Assembly: GCA_018061035.1 (NCBI GenBank)
Contig: JAGOUX010000003.1
Span: 3,043 to 67,042, forward strand
Direction of reading: 5' to 3'
DNA: 64,000 nucleotides
Source of the DNA: Minisyncoccota bacterium
GTDB lineage: Bacteria; Patescibacteriota; Minisyncoccia; Phycocordibacterales; UBA9973
Below are positions 10,202 through 19,357 of the stretch, piece by piece; the first letter of the stretch is position 1; every line of letters begins with the position of its first letter. A program made the position numbers and the translations under genes. The notes under the pieces were generated by a model, which saw nothing but the letters and a program-made list of their open reading frames with translations, was not told the origin of the DNA and made no database searches.

Positions 10202-10573
10202 ATGATTCAACCAGAAAGCTTAGTAAAAATAACAGACAATGCCGGAGGCACCGTAGGAAAGGTGTTCAAGGTTTTAGGTTCTTCCAAGAAGCGCTATGCG
10301 ACTCTAGGTGAGCTTGTGGTTATCTCTGTTAAAGTTGCGAGTCCACGAAAAGGCGTAAAGAAGAAGGATGTTCATCAGGCTGTCGTGGTTCGAACTCGAA
10401 ATGCATATCGCCGAAAGGATGGATCATATATTCGTTTTGATGATAATGCTGTAGTCTTGCTCGAAAAGGGTAAAAAGGATCCAAAAGCAGGACGCGTATT
10501 CGGTCCAATGCCGAGAGAGCTTGCCGAGAAAGGTTTCCAGAAGATCATCTCATTGGCACCGGAAGTTATATAA
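10202..10573 (+). CDS. rplN: 50S ribosomal protein L14
   Basis: 123 aa, L14 (MIQPESLVKITDNAGG...). Confidence 0.95.
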   Translation: MIQPESLVKITDNAGGTVGKVFKVLGSSKKRYATLGELVVISVKVASPRKGVKKKDVHQAVVVRTRNAYRRKDGSYIRFDDNAVVLLEKGKKDPKAGRVFGPMPRELAEKGFQKIISLAPEVI

Positions 10574-10592
10574 TTATTTACAATAGGAATTT

Positions 10593-10811
10593 ATGAAAAT
10601 AAAAAAAGGAGACAAAGTAAAAGTATTGGCAGGTAAAGATAAGGGTAAAACCGGAACTATTGCTCGCGTGCTTGTAAAGGAAAACAAAGTTGTTGTTGAA
10701 GGAATCAATATGATGAAGAAGCACCAGAAGCCACGAAAGAGTGGCGAGAAGGGTTCGATGATTAATATGGCGATGCCGATACACGCTTCCAATGTCGCAA
10801 AGAAAGAATAA
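10593..10811 (+). CDS. rplX: 50S ribosomal protein L24 (short form, 72 aa)
   Basis: KOW-motif protein (KKGDKVKVLAGKDKGKTG), in operon order. Confidence 0.88.
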   Translation: MKIKKGDKVKVLAGKDKGKTGTIARVLVKENKVVVEGINMMKKHQKPRKSGEKGSMINMAMPIHASNVAKKE

Positions 10812-10818
10812 ATAATAT

Positions 10819-11385
10819 ATGAAACACCTAACTGTAAAAGAAAAAGAAGCAAAAGCATACGAAGTAATGAAAACTGATTTTCATTATAAGAATGCTATGG
10901 CTGTGCCTAAGATGAAGAAGGTAGTTTTAAATGTGGGAACTGGTACTGCAGTCAAAAAAGACAAAAACAAGAACGATGCTATCTCAGATCGTCTTATGAA
11001 AATCACAGGGCAGAAGCCTGCAAAGCGTGGGGCAAAACAGTCTATCGCTTCCTTCAAAATCCGTCAGGGAGATCCTATCGGAGTAGTGGTGACACTACGA
11101 GGAAAGAGAATGTTTGCATTCCTAGAGAAGCTTATCAACGTAGCCCTTCCTCGAACCAAGGACTTCCGAGGTATCAACAGAAAGGCAGTCGACTCTATCG
11201 GAAACCTAACTCTAGGTATCAAAGAGCACACTATTTTCCCTGAAACTGCAGATGAGGATATTCGCGATGTATTCGGTCTTGCTATTACTCTAGTATCTTC
11301 AGCTAAGAACAAAAAAGAAGGTATGGCATTTTTTGAACTACTAGGTATGCCTTTCAAGAAGGAAGAAGAGGCAAAAAGGAAATAA
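10819..11385 (+). CDS. rplE: 50S ribosomal protein L5
   Basis: 188 aa, L5-like (RGKRMFAFLEKLINVALPRTKDFRG). Confidence 0.94.
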   Translation: MKHLTVKEKEAKAYEVMKTDFHYKNAMAVPKMKKVVLNVGTGTAVKKDKNKNDAISDRLMKITGQKPAKRGAKQSIASFKIRQGDPIGVVVTLRGKRMFAFLEKLINVALPRTKDFRGINRKAVDSIGNLTLGIKEHTIFPETADEDIRDVFGLAITLVSSAKNKKEGMAFFELLGMPFKKEEEAKRK

Positions 11386-11398
11386 ATTATATACTTTT

Positions 11399-11428
11399 AA
11401 AATAACCCCGAAAGGGGTTATTTTTTTT
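11399..11428 (+). terminator. Strong rho-independent terminator after rplE, inside the spc operon
   Basis: Stem TAACCCC/GGGGTTA with loop GAAA, followed by T8. Confidence 0.7.
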
Positions 11429-11429
11429 G

Positions 11430-11438
11430 TGATATAAT
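11430..11438 (+). promoter_or_regulatory. Extended -10 element (TGATATAAT) driving a near-leaderless transcript for the 11449 gene
   Basis: A perfect TGnTATAAT lies 10 nt upstream of the ATG at 11449. There is no Shine-Dalgarno sequence. Confidence 0.45.
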
Positions 11439-11448
11439 TAGAATCATT

Positions 11449-13017
11449 ATGAAGCATAGGCTACAAGTATTTCTTCTTTTGCTATTGGTTTTAGTTGTGC
11501 CGAGTTGCTCTGTAGAAGCTTCCTTTTTTGAGGGAGTGGGACATGTAAAATACTATGGTTTTTATGATTCTTCATACGGCGATCAATCAATTCCTAGATT
11601 TGTGGGTTCTGTCAATGTCAGTATTACTGGTCAATTTACAGAAAATAATGCAACTCAATATGTAGATTGGAAAGCTGAGGGCGGGATACATTCGATTTAT
11701 CAAGTAGCCAATATATTTTTTAATGCCAATGATCTGACTAGTGACTATCAGGCAAAGTGGAACACACTTGCTTCCAAAATTTCTCCCAGTGTGGCCAATG
11801 GCTCAATAGTTGCTTTTTATCTTTATGATGAGCCGTACGGAAATTTGAAGGCTCGTGGCGTATCCCGAGACTCTGCTTATGTTCAGTTGCAAACTGCTGC
11901 GAGGGTAATAAAGGCATCTTTCCCCAATACTCCAATAATGGTGGTGGAGGGTCGCACCGATATTAATCCCATGAGTTCTGATAGTAGTGTTCCGGGAAAA
12001 ACAATTCTTTTTCCACCCGAAATAGACTGGATTGGTTTTGATTGTTATGGGGGTACATTTGAATCCTGTGGTACTGAAGGATACGGTGTAAAGTATTATT
12101 TTGATTTACTTAAATCAGCAATGACATCGAACCAGAGGATTGTATTGGTGCCACAAATCGCTGCCGTTACTGATCCTAATAATCCAACAAATCCCACTTC
12201 TCTTGATCAAGATTATATAATAAATTTAAATCAGAAATATGTGGAGCTGGCAGAGTCTAATAGTGAGGTGATAGCGGTGCTCGGATATACTTCAGCAAAT
12301 ATTGCATACAATGGTCACAATTATTGGTGGGGAGGGTTGGCTGAGAAATGGGGGAATCTAGATAATAGAGTTGTAGTGGATAGTTTGCTTGCTAATGGCA
12401 GACGTCTTCTTTTTAAAACATCATGCAGGATAACTTTGCCATTTTCTGCGCCGACTGGGTATGCAAATGGTGCAACAACTTTCGTAGATAATTATCTAAA
12501 TGCATCTGCTGACAAGACGCAGTGTATGAAAAGGGCAAATGATCTTTATAATTTTTTTGGAGTGCCATCTATTTTTACAGGAAAAAAAGTTACCAGTAGT
12601 TATATCGAAAATGGTGTAGTTATCGAGACTAATATTGTAGGAAGTGAGGAGCCTGTTGCGCCTATAGTAATAAATGTACCGCCAACTACCATACCTCCTG
12701 TAGTAATGCCACAAGTTCCAGTGGTTCCGCCTACTATCGCGAACCCAATTACTTCTCCCAATAAACCTGTTTCTGTTTCTTTTTTTAACTTTGGCACAAC
12801 CACACTTAGAAATGGTAGTCGTGGGGAAGCAGTGAAAGAATTGCAAAGGTATTTGAATTACATTCTAAATCTTGGTTTGGTGGTAGATGGAAAATTAGGA
12901 CCTAAAACAATTGCTGTCATAAAAGTTTGGCAAAGAGAGAATGGATTAGTTCCTGACGGATTTGTAGGAAATAAAACTAAATTACAAATGCTTAAATTTA
13001 TTAGTGCAAAACAATAA
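11449..13017 (+). CDS. Secreted protein with a C-terminal peptidoglycan-binding domain (PG_binding_1-like) and a Pro-rich linker; N-terminal ~400-aa domain of unknown function, possibly a TIM-barrel glycosidase-like domain
   Basis: Signal peptide MKHRLQVFLLLLLVLVVPSCSVEA. Pro-rich stretch VPPTTIPPVVMPQVPVVPP. The C-terminal motif LQRYLN...VVDGKLGPKTIAVIKVWQRENGLVPDGFVGNKT is typical of the PG-binding domain. Confidence 0.7.
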   Translation: MKHRLQVFLLLLLVLVVPSCSVEASFFEGVGHVKYYGFYDSSYGDQSIPRFVGSVNVSITGQFTENNATQYVDWKAEGGIHSIYQVANIFFNANDLTSDYQAKWNTLASKISPSVANGSIVAFYLYDEPYGNLKARGVSRDSAYVQLQTAARVIKASFPNTPIMVVEGRTDINPMSSDSSVPGKTILFPPEIDWIGFDCYGGTFESCGTEGYGVKYYFDLLKSAMTSNQRIVLVPQIAAVTDPNNPTNPTSLDQDYIINLNQKYVELAESNSEVIAVLGYTSANIAYNGHNYWWGGLAEKWGNLDNRVVVDSLLANGRRLLFKTSCRITLPFSAPTGYANGATTFVDNYLNASADKTQCMKRANDLYNFFGVPSIFTGKKVTSSYIENGVVIETNIVGSEEPVAPIVINVPPTTIPPVVMPQVPVVPPTIANPITSPNKPVSVSFFNFGTTTLRNGSRGEAVKELQRYLNYILNLGLVVDGKLGPKTIAVIKVWQRENGLVPDGFVGNKTKLQMLKFISAKQ

Positions 13018-13023
13018 GCCCAT

Positions 13024-13581
13024 TTGCTCATGACGATAAATTTTTTAAATAGAAATAAATCTGACCTTTTGTATGACAAAAGAGGTTTTACCCTCATCGA
13101 ACTTTTAGTCGTTGTAGCTATCATCGGCATACTCGCTAGTGTGGTTATGGTGTCGCTTGGTTCAGCGAGAGGTAAGGGGCGTGATGCGAAGAGAATTATG
13201 GAAAAGAACGAATTTATTACCGCTCTCAATCTTTATTATGGTGATAACGGTACATGGCCACAAGCCGTAGGAGGAGTTTGTGTTGGCCCAAATGGAGAGA
13301 CTTGTTGGCTCGGAAGTTTTTCAGGTTCATCAACTTTTGTTTCGGCGATGTCGACATATATGCCTACTTTTCCAGACAATAGTGCACCAGCAGGTACCTA
13401 TGCAAATAATAGAATGATATATCTATACCCACAGGCTGAAAACTGGCTTACTACTGGGTCTCCCGCTGGTGCATATGTAATATGGGTACAAGAAAATTCA
13501 ATTCCAGATTCTAAATGTCCAGCAGGATATTTGGGGCACTGGGACGCATACTATTATTGTTACGAATGGATAGGTCCGTAA
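13024..13581 (+). CDS. Type IV pilin-like protein (prepilin with N-terminal cleavage/methylation motif), paralog 1
   Basis: KRGFTLIELLVVVAIIGILASVVMVSL is the class III signal with G|FTLIE and Glu at +5. C-terminal Cys pairs are present. Confidence 0.85.
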   Translation: MLMTINFLNRNKSDLLYDKRGFTLIELLVVVAIIGILASVVMVSLGSARGKGRDAKRIMEKNEFITALNLYYGDNGTWPQAVGGVCVGPNGETCWLGSFSGSSTFVSAMSTYMPTFPDNSAPAGTYANNRMIYLYPQAENWLTTGSPAGAYVIWVQENSIPDSKCPAGYLGHWDAYYYCYEWIGP

Positions 13582-13620
13582 TTAATTTAATTTTTTAATT
13601 TAATACGGTATAATGTATGT

Positions 13621-13980
13621 ATGCCACCAGAAATCAAACCACCTACAGCCGCAGAAATCGAGCAGGCACTCAAAGATGGGCTAGTTAGTAATCCTGAACT
13701 GGGAAATGCCTTAAGAGAATTTGAGGCAAAGGAATCTAATGAAATACCTACCAAGCAAAAGACAGCCACAAAGGATGAAACTCCAGGAATGGTGAAGCTT
13801 GTTTACAAACTTTCAGGTGGTTCTATTACAGAGCAACATCAAGCAGAATATGTGCTTCTCGGATTTATTATTGTAGCTACTTTAGTATCTGCTTATTTAT
13901 TTTTTAGTATAAGTGGTGAGAGTAGTCCTTCTGCTGCAGATCCTCTGATGTTGCAACTCCATCCTGAGTTAGTTAAATAG
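13621..13980 (+). CDS. Hypothetical protein with a C-terminal transmembrane anchor
   Basis: 119-aa ORF inside the pilin cassette. It has a predicted TM helix VLLGFIIVATLVSAYLFFSI. Confidence 0.4.
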   Translation: MPPEIKPPTAAEIEQALKDGLVSNPELGNALREFEAKESNEIPTKQKTATKDETPGMVKLVYKLSGGSITEQHQAEYVLLGFIIVATLVSAYLFFSISGESSPSAADPLMLQLHPELVK

Positions 13981-13984
13981 ATTT

Positions 13985-14479
13985 ATGGGCAGTTTGAAAT
14001 ACAAATCACAAGGTTTCACATTAATCGAACTCCTCGTAGTCGTGGCTATCATCGGCATACTCGCTAGTGTGGTTATGGTTTCGCTGAATTCAGCTAGAGT
14101 GAAGGGAAGAAATGCCGCGAGACTGGAATCTCTCAATACATTGCGCAATGCTTTTTATCTAGCCTTGGGAGATAATGGCTCTTTGCCTGTTACTACTGAC
14201 TGGGTTTGTGTCAGTTCTAGTTGTTATGGTGACTGGTCAGGTTTTACCGCTGATGCTACTGTAGATTCTTTTTTGTCAGCAAGTTTGCCCCAGAAACCAA
14301 TTGATCCTTCGGGTGGTAGTAGAGGCTACGGGGGTTTTGTGTACCGCAATCCGGTTGCGCTAGTCTCAGGCGCTGTCGGGCCTGATATTGAATTTATTCA
14401 AGAACTAGGAGGTTCGTGCGGGCCTGCTGCGACACGAGTAACTGCTGATTACATTGTATGCGATTTATTGCTGGAATAA
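13985..14479 (+). CDS. Type IV pilin-like protein, paralog 2
   Basis: QGFTLIELLVVVAIIGILASVVMVSLNSARVKGRNAARLES. C-terminal motifs CYGDWS and GGSCGP are shared with paralogs 3 and 4. Confidence 0.85.
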   Translation: MGSLKYKSQGFTLIELLVVVAIIGILASVVMVSLNSARVKGRNAARLESLNTLRNAFYLALGDNGSLPVTTDWVCVSSSCYGDWSGFTADATVDSFLSASLPQKPIDPSGGSRGYGGFVYRNPVALVSGAVGPDIEFIQELGGSCGPAATRVTADYIVCDLLLE

Positions 14480-14964
14480 ATAAAACAAAAAAAGGTTTCA
14501 CATTAATCGAACTCCTCGTAGTCGTGGCTATCATCGGCATACTCGCTAGTGTGGTTATGGTTTCATTGAATTCAGCTAGAGTGAAGGGAAGAAATGCAGC
14601 GAGACTTGAAAGTGTGCACACATTGATTAATTCATTTTACTTGGCATATGAGAATTCTTTTCCTCCTGCTTCGTCAAATAGCTGGTCTTGCATTGCAGAG
14701 AGTTGTTATGGCGACTGGTCAGTATATCTAGCAAATAGTACTGTGGATTCATTTTTAGAAAATGTTTTACCTCAAAAACCAGTAGATCCAAATGGGGGAT
14801 CACGTAGTGGGGGTGGATTTATTTATGCTAACCCGTATACTTATAATAGTGTAACAGGACCATGGGTGGGTTGGTTGATGGAGCCTGGAGGAAATTGTGG
14901 CCCAGGTGAAATATATCATAGTGATGAGACTTACATAGAATGTCTCGTAATGCTTAATGAATAA
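14458..14964 (+). CDS. Type IV pilin-like protein, paralog 3
   Basis: KKGFTLIELLVVVAIIGILASVVMVSLNSARVKGRNAARLES. The first ~110 bp of the mature region are near-identical at DNA level to paralog 2. Confidence 0.85.
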   Translation: MRFIAGINKTKKGFTLIELLVVVAIIGILASVVMVSLNSARVKGRNAARLESVHTLINSFYLAYENSFPPASSNSWSCIAESCYGDWSVYLANSTVDSFLENVLPQKPVDPNGGSRSGGGFIYANPYTYNSVTGPWVGWLMEPGGNCGPGEIYHSDETYIECLVMLNE

Positions 14965-15463
14965 ATTAAATTCAATGAATAAAACAAAAAGAGGTTTCAC
15001 ATTAATTGAATTATTGGTAGTCGTAGCTATCATCGGCATACTCGCTAGTGTGGTTATGGTTTCGCTTAGTTCCGCCAGGGTGAAGGGAAGAAATGCAGCG
15101 AGACTTGAAAGTATGCATACCTTAAGGAATGCATTCTATATCGCTCTAGAGTCAGGATCTTTTCCGACTAGTGGTTGGGCTTGTGTGGCTGCAAGTTGTT
15201 ATGGTTTATGGAGTCCATATGACAGTTCTGCTTCTTCTGAGCATGCTGCGACAAATGCTGCTGTATTGTCCTTTTTGGGTTTATCAGCAAATCAGTTGCC
15301 TGTCGATCCAGGTGGTACAGGATATGGTGGATATATGTATTATAATTCTGGCGGAATTGGGCCGTTGATTGAATTTCTACAAGAACCAGGTGGATCATGT
15401 GGTGCGGCCGTGGTTCACGCTACTCAACCTACATATGTGGATTGTTGGTTGTATCTAAATTAG
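14957..15463 (+). CDS. Type IV pilin-like protein, paralog 4
   Basis: KRGFTLIELLVVVAIIGILASVVMVSLSSARVKGRNAARLES with conserved C-terminal Cys motifs. Confidence 0.85.
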   Translation: MNKLNSMNKTKRGFTLIELLVVVAIIGILASVVMVSLSSARVKGRNAARLESMHTLRNAFYIALESGSFPTSGWACVAASCYGLWSPYDSSASSEHAATNAAVLSFLGLSANQLPVDPGGTGYGGYMYYNSGGIGPLIEFLQEPGGSCGAAVVHATQPTYVDCWLYLN

Positions 15464-15468
15464 GCAAT

Positions 15469-15497
15469 TTGACTAAATTAGCCTAATCTGCTAGTAT
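15469..15497 (+). promoter_or_regulatory. Sigma70-like promoter restarting the distal spc operon (rpsN onward)
   Basis: TTGACT (15469-15474), 17-nt spacer, TAGTAT (15492-15497), immediately after the last pilin stop codon. Confidence 0.5.
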
Positions 15498-15612
15498 CTA
15501 AGCAAGGGAAGTAAAGCACTGATTAATCCATTTTTCTCCTTTAATTCTTATATTTTATAAGGTTTAAAGAAAAAAAGTGAGATATTAACAGAGCCTCCTC
15601 CTTTTAACTTAT

Positions 15613-15798
15613 ATGGCAAAAACATCAGTTATAGCGCGAAGCAAGAAAACACCTAAATTCTCTACACGACAGAAGAATCGATGTTTTCGTTGCGGACGAG
15701 GAAATGCTTTTATGCGAGATTTCGGCATTTGCCGTATCTGCTTTAGAGAATTAGCAAACGAAGGAATGCTTCCGGGTGTTCGTAAGTCTTCTTGGTAG
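15613..15798 (+). CDS. rpsZ: 30S ribosomal protein S14, type Z (zinc-binding, 61 aa)
   Basis: CxxC...CxxC motif ([23 protein letters not shown]), in spc operon position. Confidence 0.9.
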   Translation: MAKTSVIARSKKTPKFSTRQKNRCFRCGRGNAFMRDFGICRICFRELANEGMLPGVRKSSW

Positions 15799-15820
15799 TC
15801 TTAATTTTTTTTCGAAATAT

Positions 15821-16207
15821 ATGGATTCAATTTCAAACATGTTAATAATGATCAAGAATGCGTCACTCGCAGGCAAAGAGACTGTGGCCTTTCCGTATTC
15901 TAAGATGAAGCTTGCAATCGCAGAGTGCCTAAAAAAAGAGGGCTATATCGGTGATGTATCAAAGAAAGTAAAGAAAGACCAGCCGGTAATCGAAGCTGTA
16001 TTGCTTTACACAGACAAGAAGCCACGAATCACAGAAGTGGAGAGAGTTTCCAAGCAGTCACGCCGAGTATACATGGGTATGAGTGATATACACACAGTCA
16101 AAGGCGGATCAGGATTGCTAGTGCTTTCAACACCAAAAGGAATTTTATCAGGCAAAAACGCTCGCAAGGAACAAGTTGGCGGTGAAGCGTTATTTAAGAT
16201 TTGGTAA
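15821..16207 (+). CDS. rpsH: 30S ribosomal protein S8
   Basis: MDSISNMLIMIKNA... is the S8 N-terminus. I chose the ATG at 15821; the track ORF starts at 15776 and overlaps rpsZ. Confidence 0.9.
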   Translation: MDSISNMLIMIKNASLAGKETVAFPYSKMKLAIAECLKKEGYIGDVSKKVKKDQPVIEAVLLYTDKKPRITEVERVSKQSRRVYMGMSDIHTVKGGSGLLVLSTPKGILSGKNARKEQVGGEALFKIW

Positions 16208-16225
16208 TAATTTTACATAAATATT

Positions 16226-16759
16226 ATGAGTAGAATAGGAAAACAAGAAATCGAAATACCAGCAGGAGTAAAAATCACACACAATGATGGAGTTATTACT
16301 GTGACTGGTCCAAAGGGAACTATCTCAAAGGTTTTCCGAGATGATATAGCTATCACTCTAGGTGACAAGACTGTAACTTTAAATATAAAAAGAAACGATA
16401 AATTTTCTAAGTCACTTTGGGGTACATATGCTTCTCATATTAAGAATATGATTAAGGGTGTAGAAACTCCATATTCAAAGAAGCTTATCCTAGAAGGTGT
16501 CGGATATAAATCAGAAGTTAAAGGCAAGGAATTCAACTTCGCACTTGGTTTCTCTCATCCTGTCATTGTTCCGATCCCAGAAGGTATTACTGCAACAGCT
16601 GAGAAGAACAACATAACTATCACAGGTATCGACAAAGAATTAGTAGGAAGCTTTACTGCTATGATTCGTGCGCTTAAGAAGCCGGAACCATATAAGGGTA
16701 AGGGTATGAGATACGATACAGAAGTGATCAGACGCAAGCAGGGTAAGAAGACGGTATAA
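16226..16759 (+). CDS. rplF: 50S ribosomal protein L6
   Basis: 177 aa, L6-like (MSRIGKQEIEIPAGVKI...). Confidence 0.93.
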   Translation: MSRIGKQEIEIPAGVKITHNDGVITVTGPKGTISKVFRDDIAITLGDKTVTLNIKRNDKFSKSLWGTYASHIKNMIKGVETPYSKKLILEGVGYKSEVKGKEFNFALGFSHPVIVPIPEGITATAEKNNITITGIDKELVGSFTAMIRALKKPEPYKGKGMRYDTEVIRRKQGKKTV

Positions 16760-16796
16760 TCAGGTTATAGTTTCTAGGTTTTAGTAGAAAAATATT

Positions 16797-17138
16797 ATGC
16801 AAAACAAACAAGAAAAAAGAATACGCCTAAAGTCAAAGATCCGATCTAAGATCTCAGGTACTTCGGAGCGCCCTCGACTTTCAGTATTCCGATCAAACAA
16901 ATTCATTTACGCTCAGATTATTGACGATGCTACTGGCAAGACTCTTGCGCAAGCTAGTGATGTAAAGACAACAAAAGGCACAAAGACAGAACGAGCAAAG
17001 GAAGTCGGCAAAATGATCGCGGATGTATGCCTAAAGGCAAAGATCAGCACCGTTGTCTTTGATCGAAACGGATTTAAATATACCGGCCGAATAAAATTAG
17101 TAGCAGATGAGGCACGAGCTGCCGGTCTGAAGTTTTAA
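16797..17138 (+). CDS. rplR: 50S ribosomal protein L18
   Basis: 113 aa, L18-like (RLSVFRSNKFIYAQIIDD). Confidence 0.92.
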   Translation: MQNKQEKRIRLKSKIRSKISGTSERPRLSVFRSNKFIYAQIIDDATGKTLAQASDVKTTKGTKTERAKEVGKMIADVCLKAKISTVVFDRNGFKYTGRIKLVADEARAAGLKF

Positions 17139-17145
17139 ATAATAT

Positions 17146-17748
17146 ATGGATAATCCAAAACCACAAAATAATAATACAGGAGGCGCAACTCGAGGAGGAG
17201 AGCGAAGAGGAGCTCCACGAAGAGGAGGTTCTTCTTTTGGACGTCCAAAGCCTGAGTTTGATCAGAAAATAATCAGCATCCGTCGTGTGACTCGTGTGGT
17301 CGCAGGAGGACGAAGATTTTCTTTCTCTGTAGCATTGATTGCAGGAGACAAGAAGGGGGCTATTGGTCTCGGTCTTGGAAAAGCTGGAGACACAGCATTG
17401 GCTATCAATAAGGCTCTTCGAAACGCAAAGAAAAATATGGTTCGATTAAAATTGACCAAAACCATGTCTATTCCATTTGAAGTGAAGGCAAAGTTCTCTA
17501 GTGCCCAGGTTATGCTTATGCCTAACAAGGGTCGTGGACTCGTAGCCGGATCTGTTATCCGTGATATCATTAAGTTAGCCGGTATCAAAGATGTAACAGG
17601 TAAGATACTTTCTGGTACAAAAAACAAGCTGAACAATGCTAAAGCTGTTATGGAGGCGCTTTCAGCTATCTCTACAAAGTTCGCGGCAGAAGTGCCAGCA
17701 ACTGTAGTAGTAGCAAATAAAGAAGTTCCAGCAGAATCAGCTAAGTAG
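17146..17748 (+). CDS. rpsE: 30S ribosomal protein S5 with a Gly/Arg-rich N-terminal extension
   Basis: S5 dsRBD and C-terminal domain (RRVTRVVAGGRRFSFSVALIAGD). Confidence 0.93.
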   Translation: MDNPKPQNNNTGGATRGGERRGAPRRGGSSFGRPKPEFDQKIISIRRVTRVVAGGRRFSFSVALIAGDKKGAIGLGLGKAGDTALAINKALRNAKKNMVRLKLTKTMSIPFEVKAKFSSAQVMLMPNKGRGLVAGSVIRDIIKLAGIKDVTGKILSGTKNKLNNAKAVMEALSAISTKFAAEVPATVVVANKEVPAESAK

Positions 17749-17757
17749 AATAATTTT

Positions 17758-18060
17758 ATGCAAATACACGAATTAAAAAGACAACACAAGAATAAGAAGG
17801 ACCGCATTGTTGGCCGAGGAGGCAAGCACGCTAAGACTTCTGGCCGAGGAGGCAAGGGTCAGACAGCTCGTGCTGGTAACAAGCGCCGACCAGAACTTCG
17901 AGATATCATCAAGAAACTTCCTAAAAACCGCGGATACATGTTCAACTCTGTTCGCAAGGTAGTCATGGTTCCAAAAGAGAAGCTAGCAAGTAAGGGGGAA
18001 AAGTTTAGCGAGATTCGAAAGCGATTGGGTACAAAAGGAGGCAAGATCGTAATTCGCTAG
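17758..18060 (+). CDS. rplO: 50S ribosomal protein L15 (short, 100 aa); no rpmD (L30) lies between rpsE and rplO
   Basis: L15-like N-terminus (GRGGKHAKTSGRGGKGQTARAG). L30 is absent, as reported for many CPR lineages. Confidence 0.85.
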   Translation: MQIHELKRQHKNKKDRIVGRGGKHAKTSGRGGKGQTARAGNKRRPELRDIIKKLPKNRGYMFNSVRKVVMVPKEKLASKGEKFSEIRKRLGTKGGKIVIR

Positions 18061-18082
18061 CGTCTAATTCAAAATTAAACAT

Positions 18083-19354
18083 ATGCAAACATTCTTTAAA
18101 AAAATCAAATTAATCTGGACCGACCGTAGCTTGAGAAATAAAGTCTTGTTTGTTTTGTTCGCACTAGTAGTTTTTCGATTACTCGCAGCTATCCCGATAC
18201 CAGGTATAGATACTGCTGCACTTGAGAGATTCCTTTCTAATAACCAATTCTTTGGTATTTTGAACATCTTCTCTGGAGGTGGACTTACAAATCTTTCTAT
18301 TATCATGCTTGGAGTAGGGCCGTACATTACGAGTTCTATTATCATGCAACTTTTGACCATCATGGTCCCTGCGCTTAAGCGTATTTATCACGAGGAAGGA
18401 GAAGCAGGACGCAAGAAATTTACTCAGTACTCTCGTATGATCACTGTTCCACTTGCTGCGCTTCAGGGTTTTTCACTTTTGACTATTCTCGAAAATCAAG
18501 GAATCTTGATGAATATTACTCCATTTGATCGTGTTGAGAATTTGATCATTGTTATTGCGGGTTCTATTCTTCTGATGTGGTTGGGAGAGTTGGTCAGTGA
18601 GTTTGGTATTGGAAACGGAGTATCCTTAATTATCTTTGCTGGTATTGTATCTAGTCTACCAACAACTGTAGGCCAGATGATATTTACATTTGACGCTTCA
18701 CAGATTCCTTTATATTTGGCTTTCTTAGTCGCTGGAGTAGTGATTATTGCCAGTGTAGTTTTTGTGACTGAAGCAGAGCGACCTATACCAGTAACCTATG
18801 CAAAACGTGTTCGAGGTTTGAAAATGTATGGAGGTGGATCGACATACTTGCCATTGCGAGTAAACCAGGCTGGAGTTATTCCGATAATTTTTGCTCTTTC
18901 AATATTGCTTTTCCCTCAGCTTATTGGAAACTTCCTGACTCGATTCTCAAGTCCTATTCTTGAAAAAATATCTGCAGTACTTGTTGGATTTACTCAGACT
19001 AGCTGGTCATACACTATATTCTACTTCCTATTAGTGTTTATCTTCACATATTTCTATACCGCAGTAACCTTCGATCCTGAGGCTCTATCTACAAACCTTC
19101 AAAAGAATGGAGCATTTATTCCAGGTATTCGCCCGGGTAATCCTACTTCTGATTATATTTCTCGAGTTCTCGGCCGTATCACACTTCTAGGCGGAGGATT
19201 CCTTGGAATCATTGCTGTGCTTCCACTACTTATGCAGCGTTTCACAGGTATCACAACCTTGGCACTTGGTGGTACGACAATACTCATCGTGGTTTCTGTT
19301 GTTCTTGATCTGATCAAGAAAGTAGATGCTCAGGTCTCAATGAGAGAGTACTAA
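18083..19354 (+). CDS. secY: Preprotein translocase subunit SecY
   Basis: 423 aa with 10 predicted TM segments and SecY signatures. Position after rplO. Confidence 0.95.
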   Translation: MQTFFKKIKLIWTDRSLRNKVLFVLFALVVFRLLAAIPIPGIDTAALERFLSNNQFFGILNIFSGGGLTNLSIIMLGVGPYITSSIIMQLLTIMVPALKRIYHEEGEAGRKKFTQYSRMITVPLAALQGFSLLTILENQGILMNITPFDRVENLIIVIAGSILLMWLGELVSEFGIGNGVSLIIFAGIVSSLPTTVGQMIFTFDASQIPLYLAFLVAGVVIIASVVFVTEAERPIPVTYAKRVRGLKMYGGGSTYLPLRVNQAGVIPIIFALSILLFPQLIGNFLTRFSSPILEKISAVLVGFTQTSWSYTIFYFLLVFIFTYFYTAVTFDPEALSTNLQKNGAFIPGIRPGNPTSDYISRVLGRITLLGGGFLGIIAVLPLLMQRFTGITTLALGGTTILIVVSVVLDLIKKVDAQVSMREY

Positions 19355-19357
19355 TTC

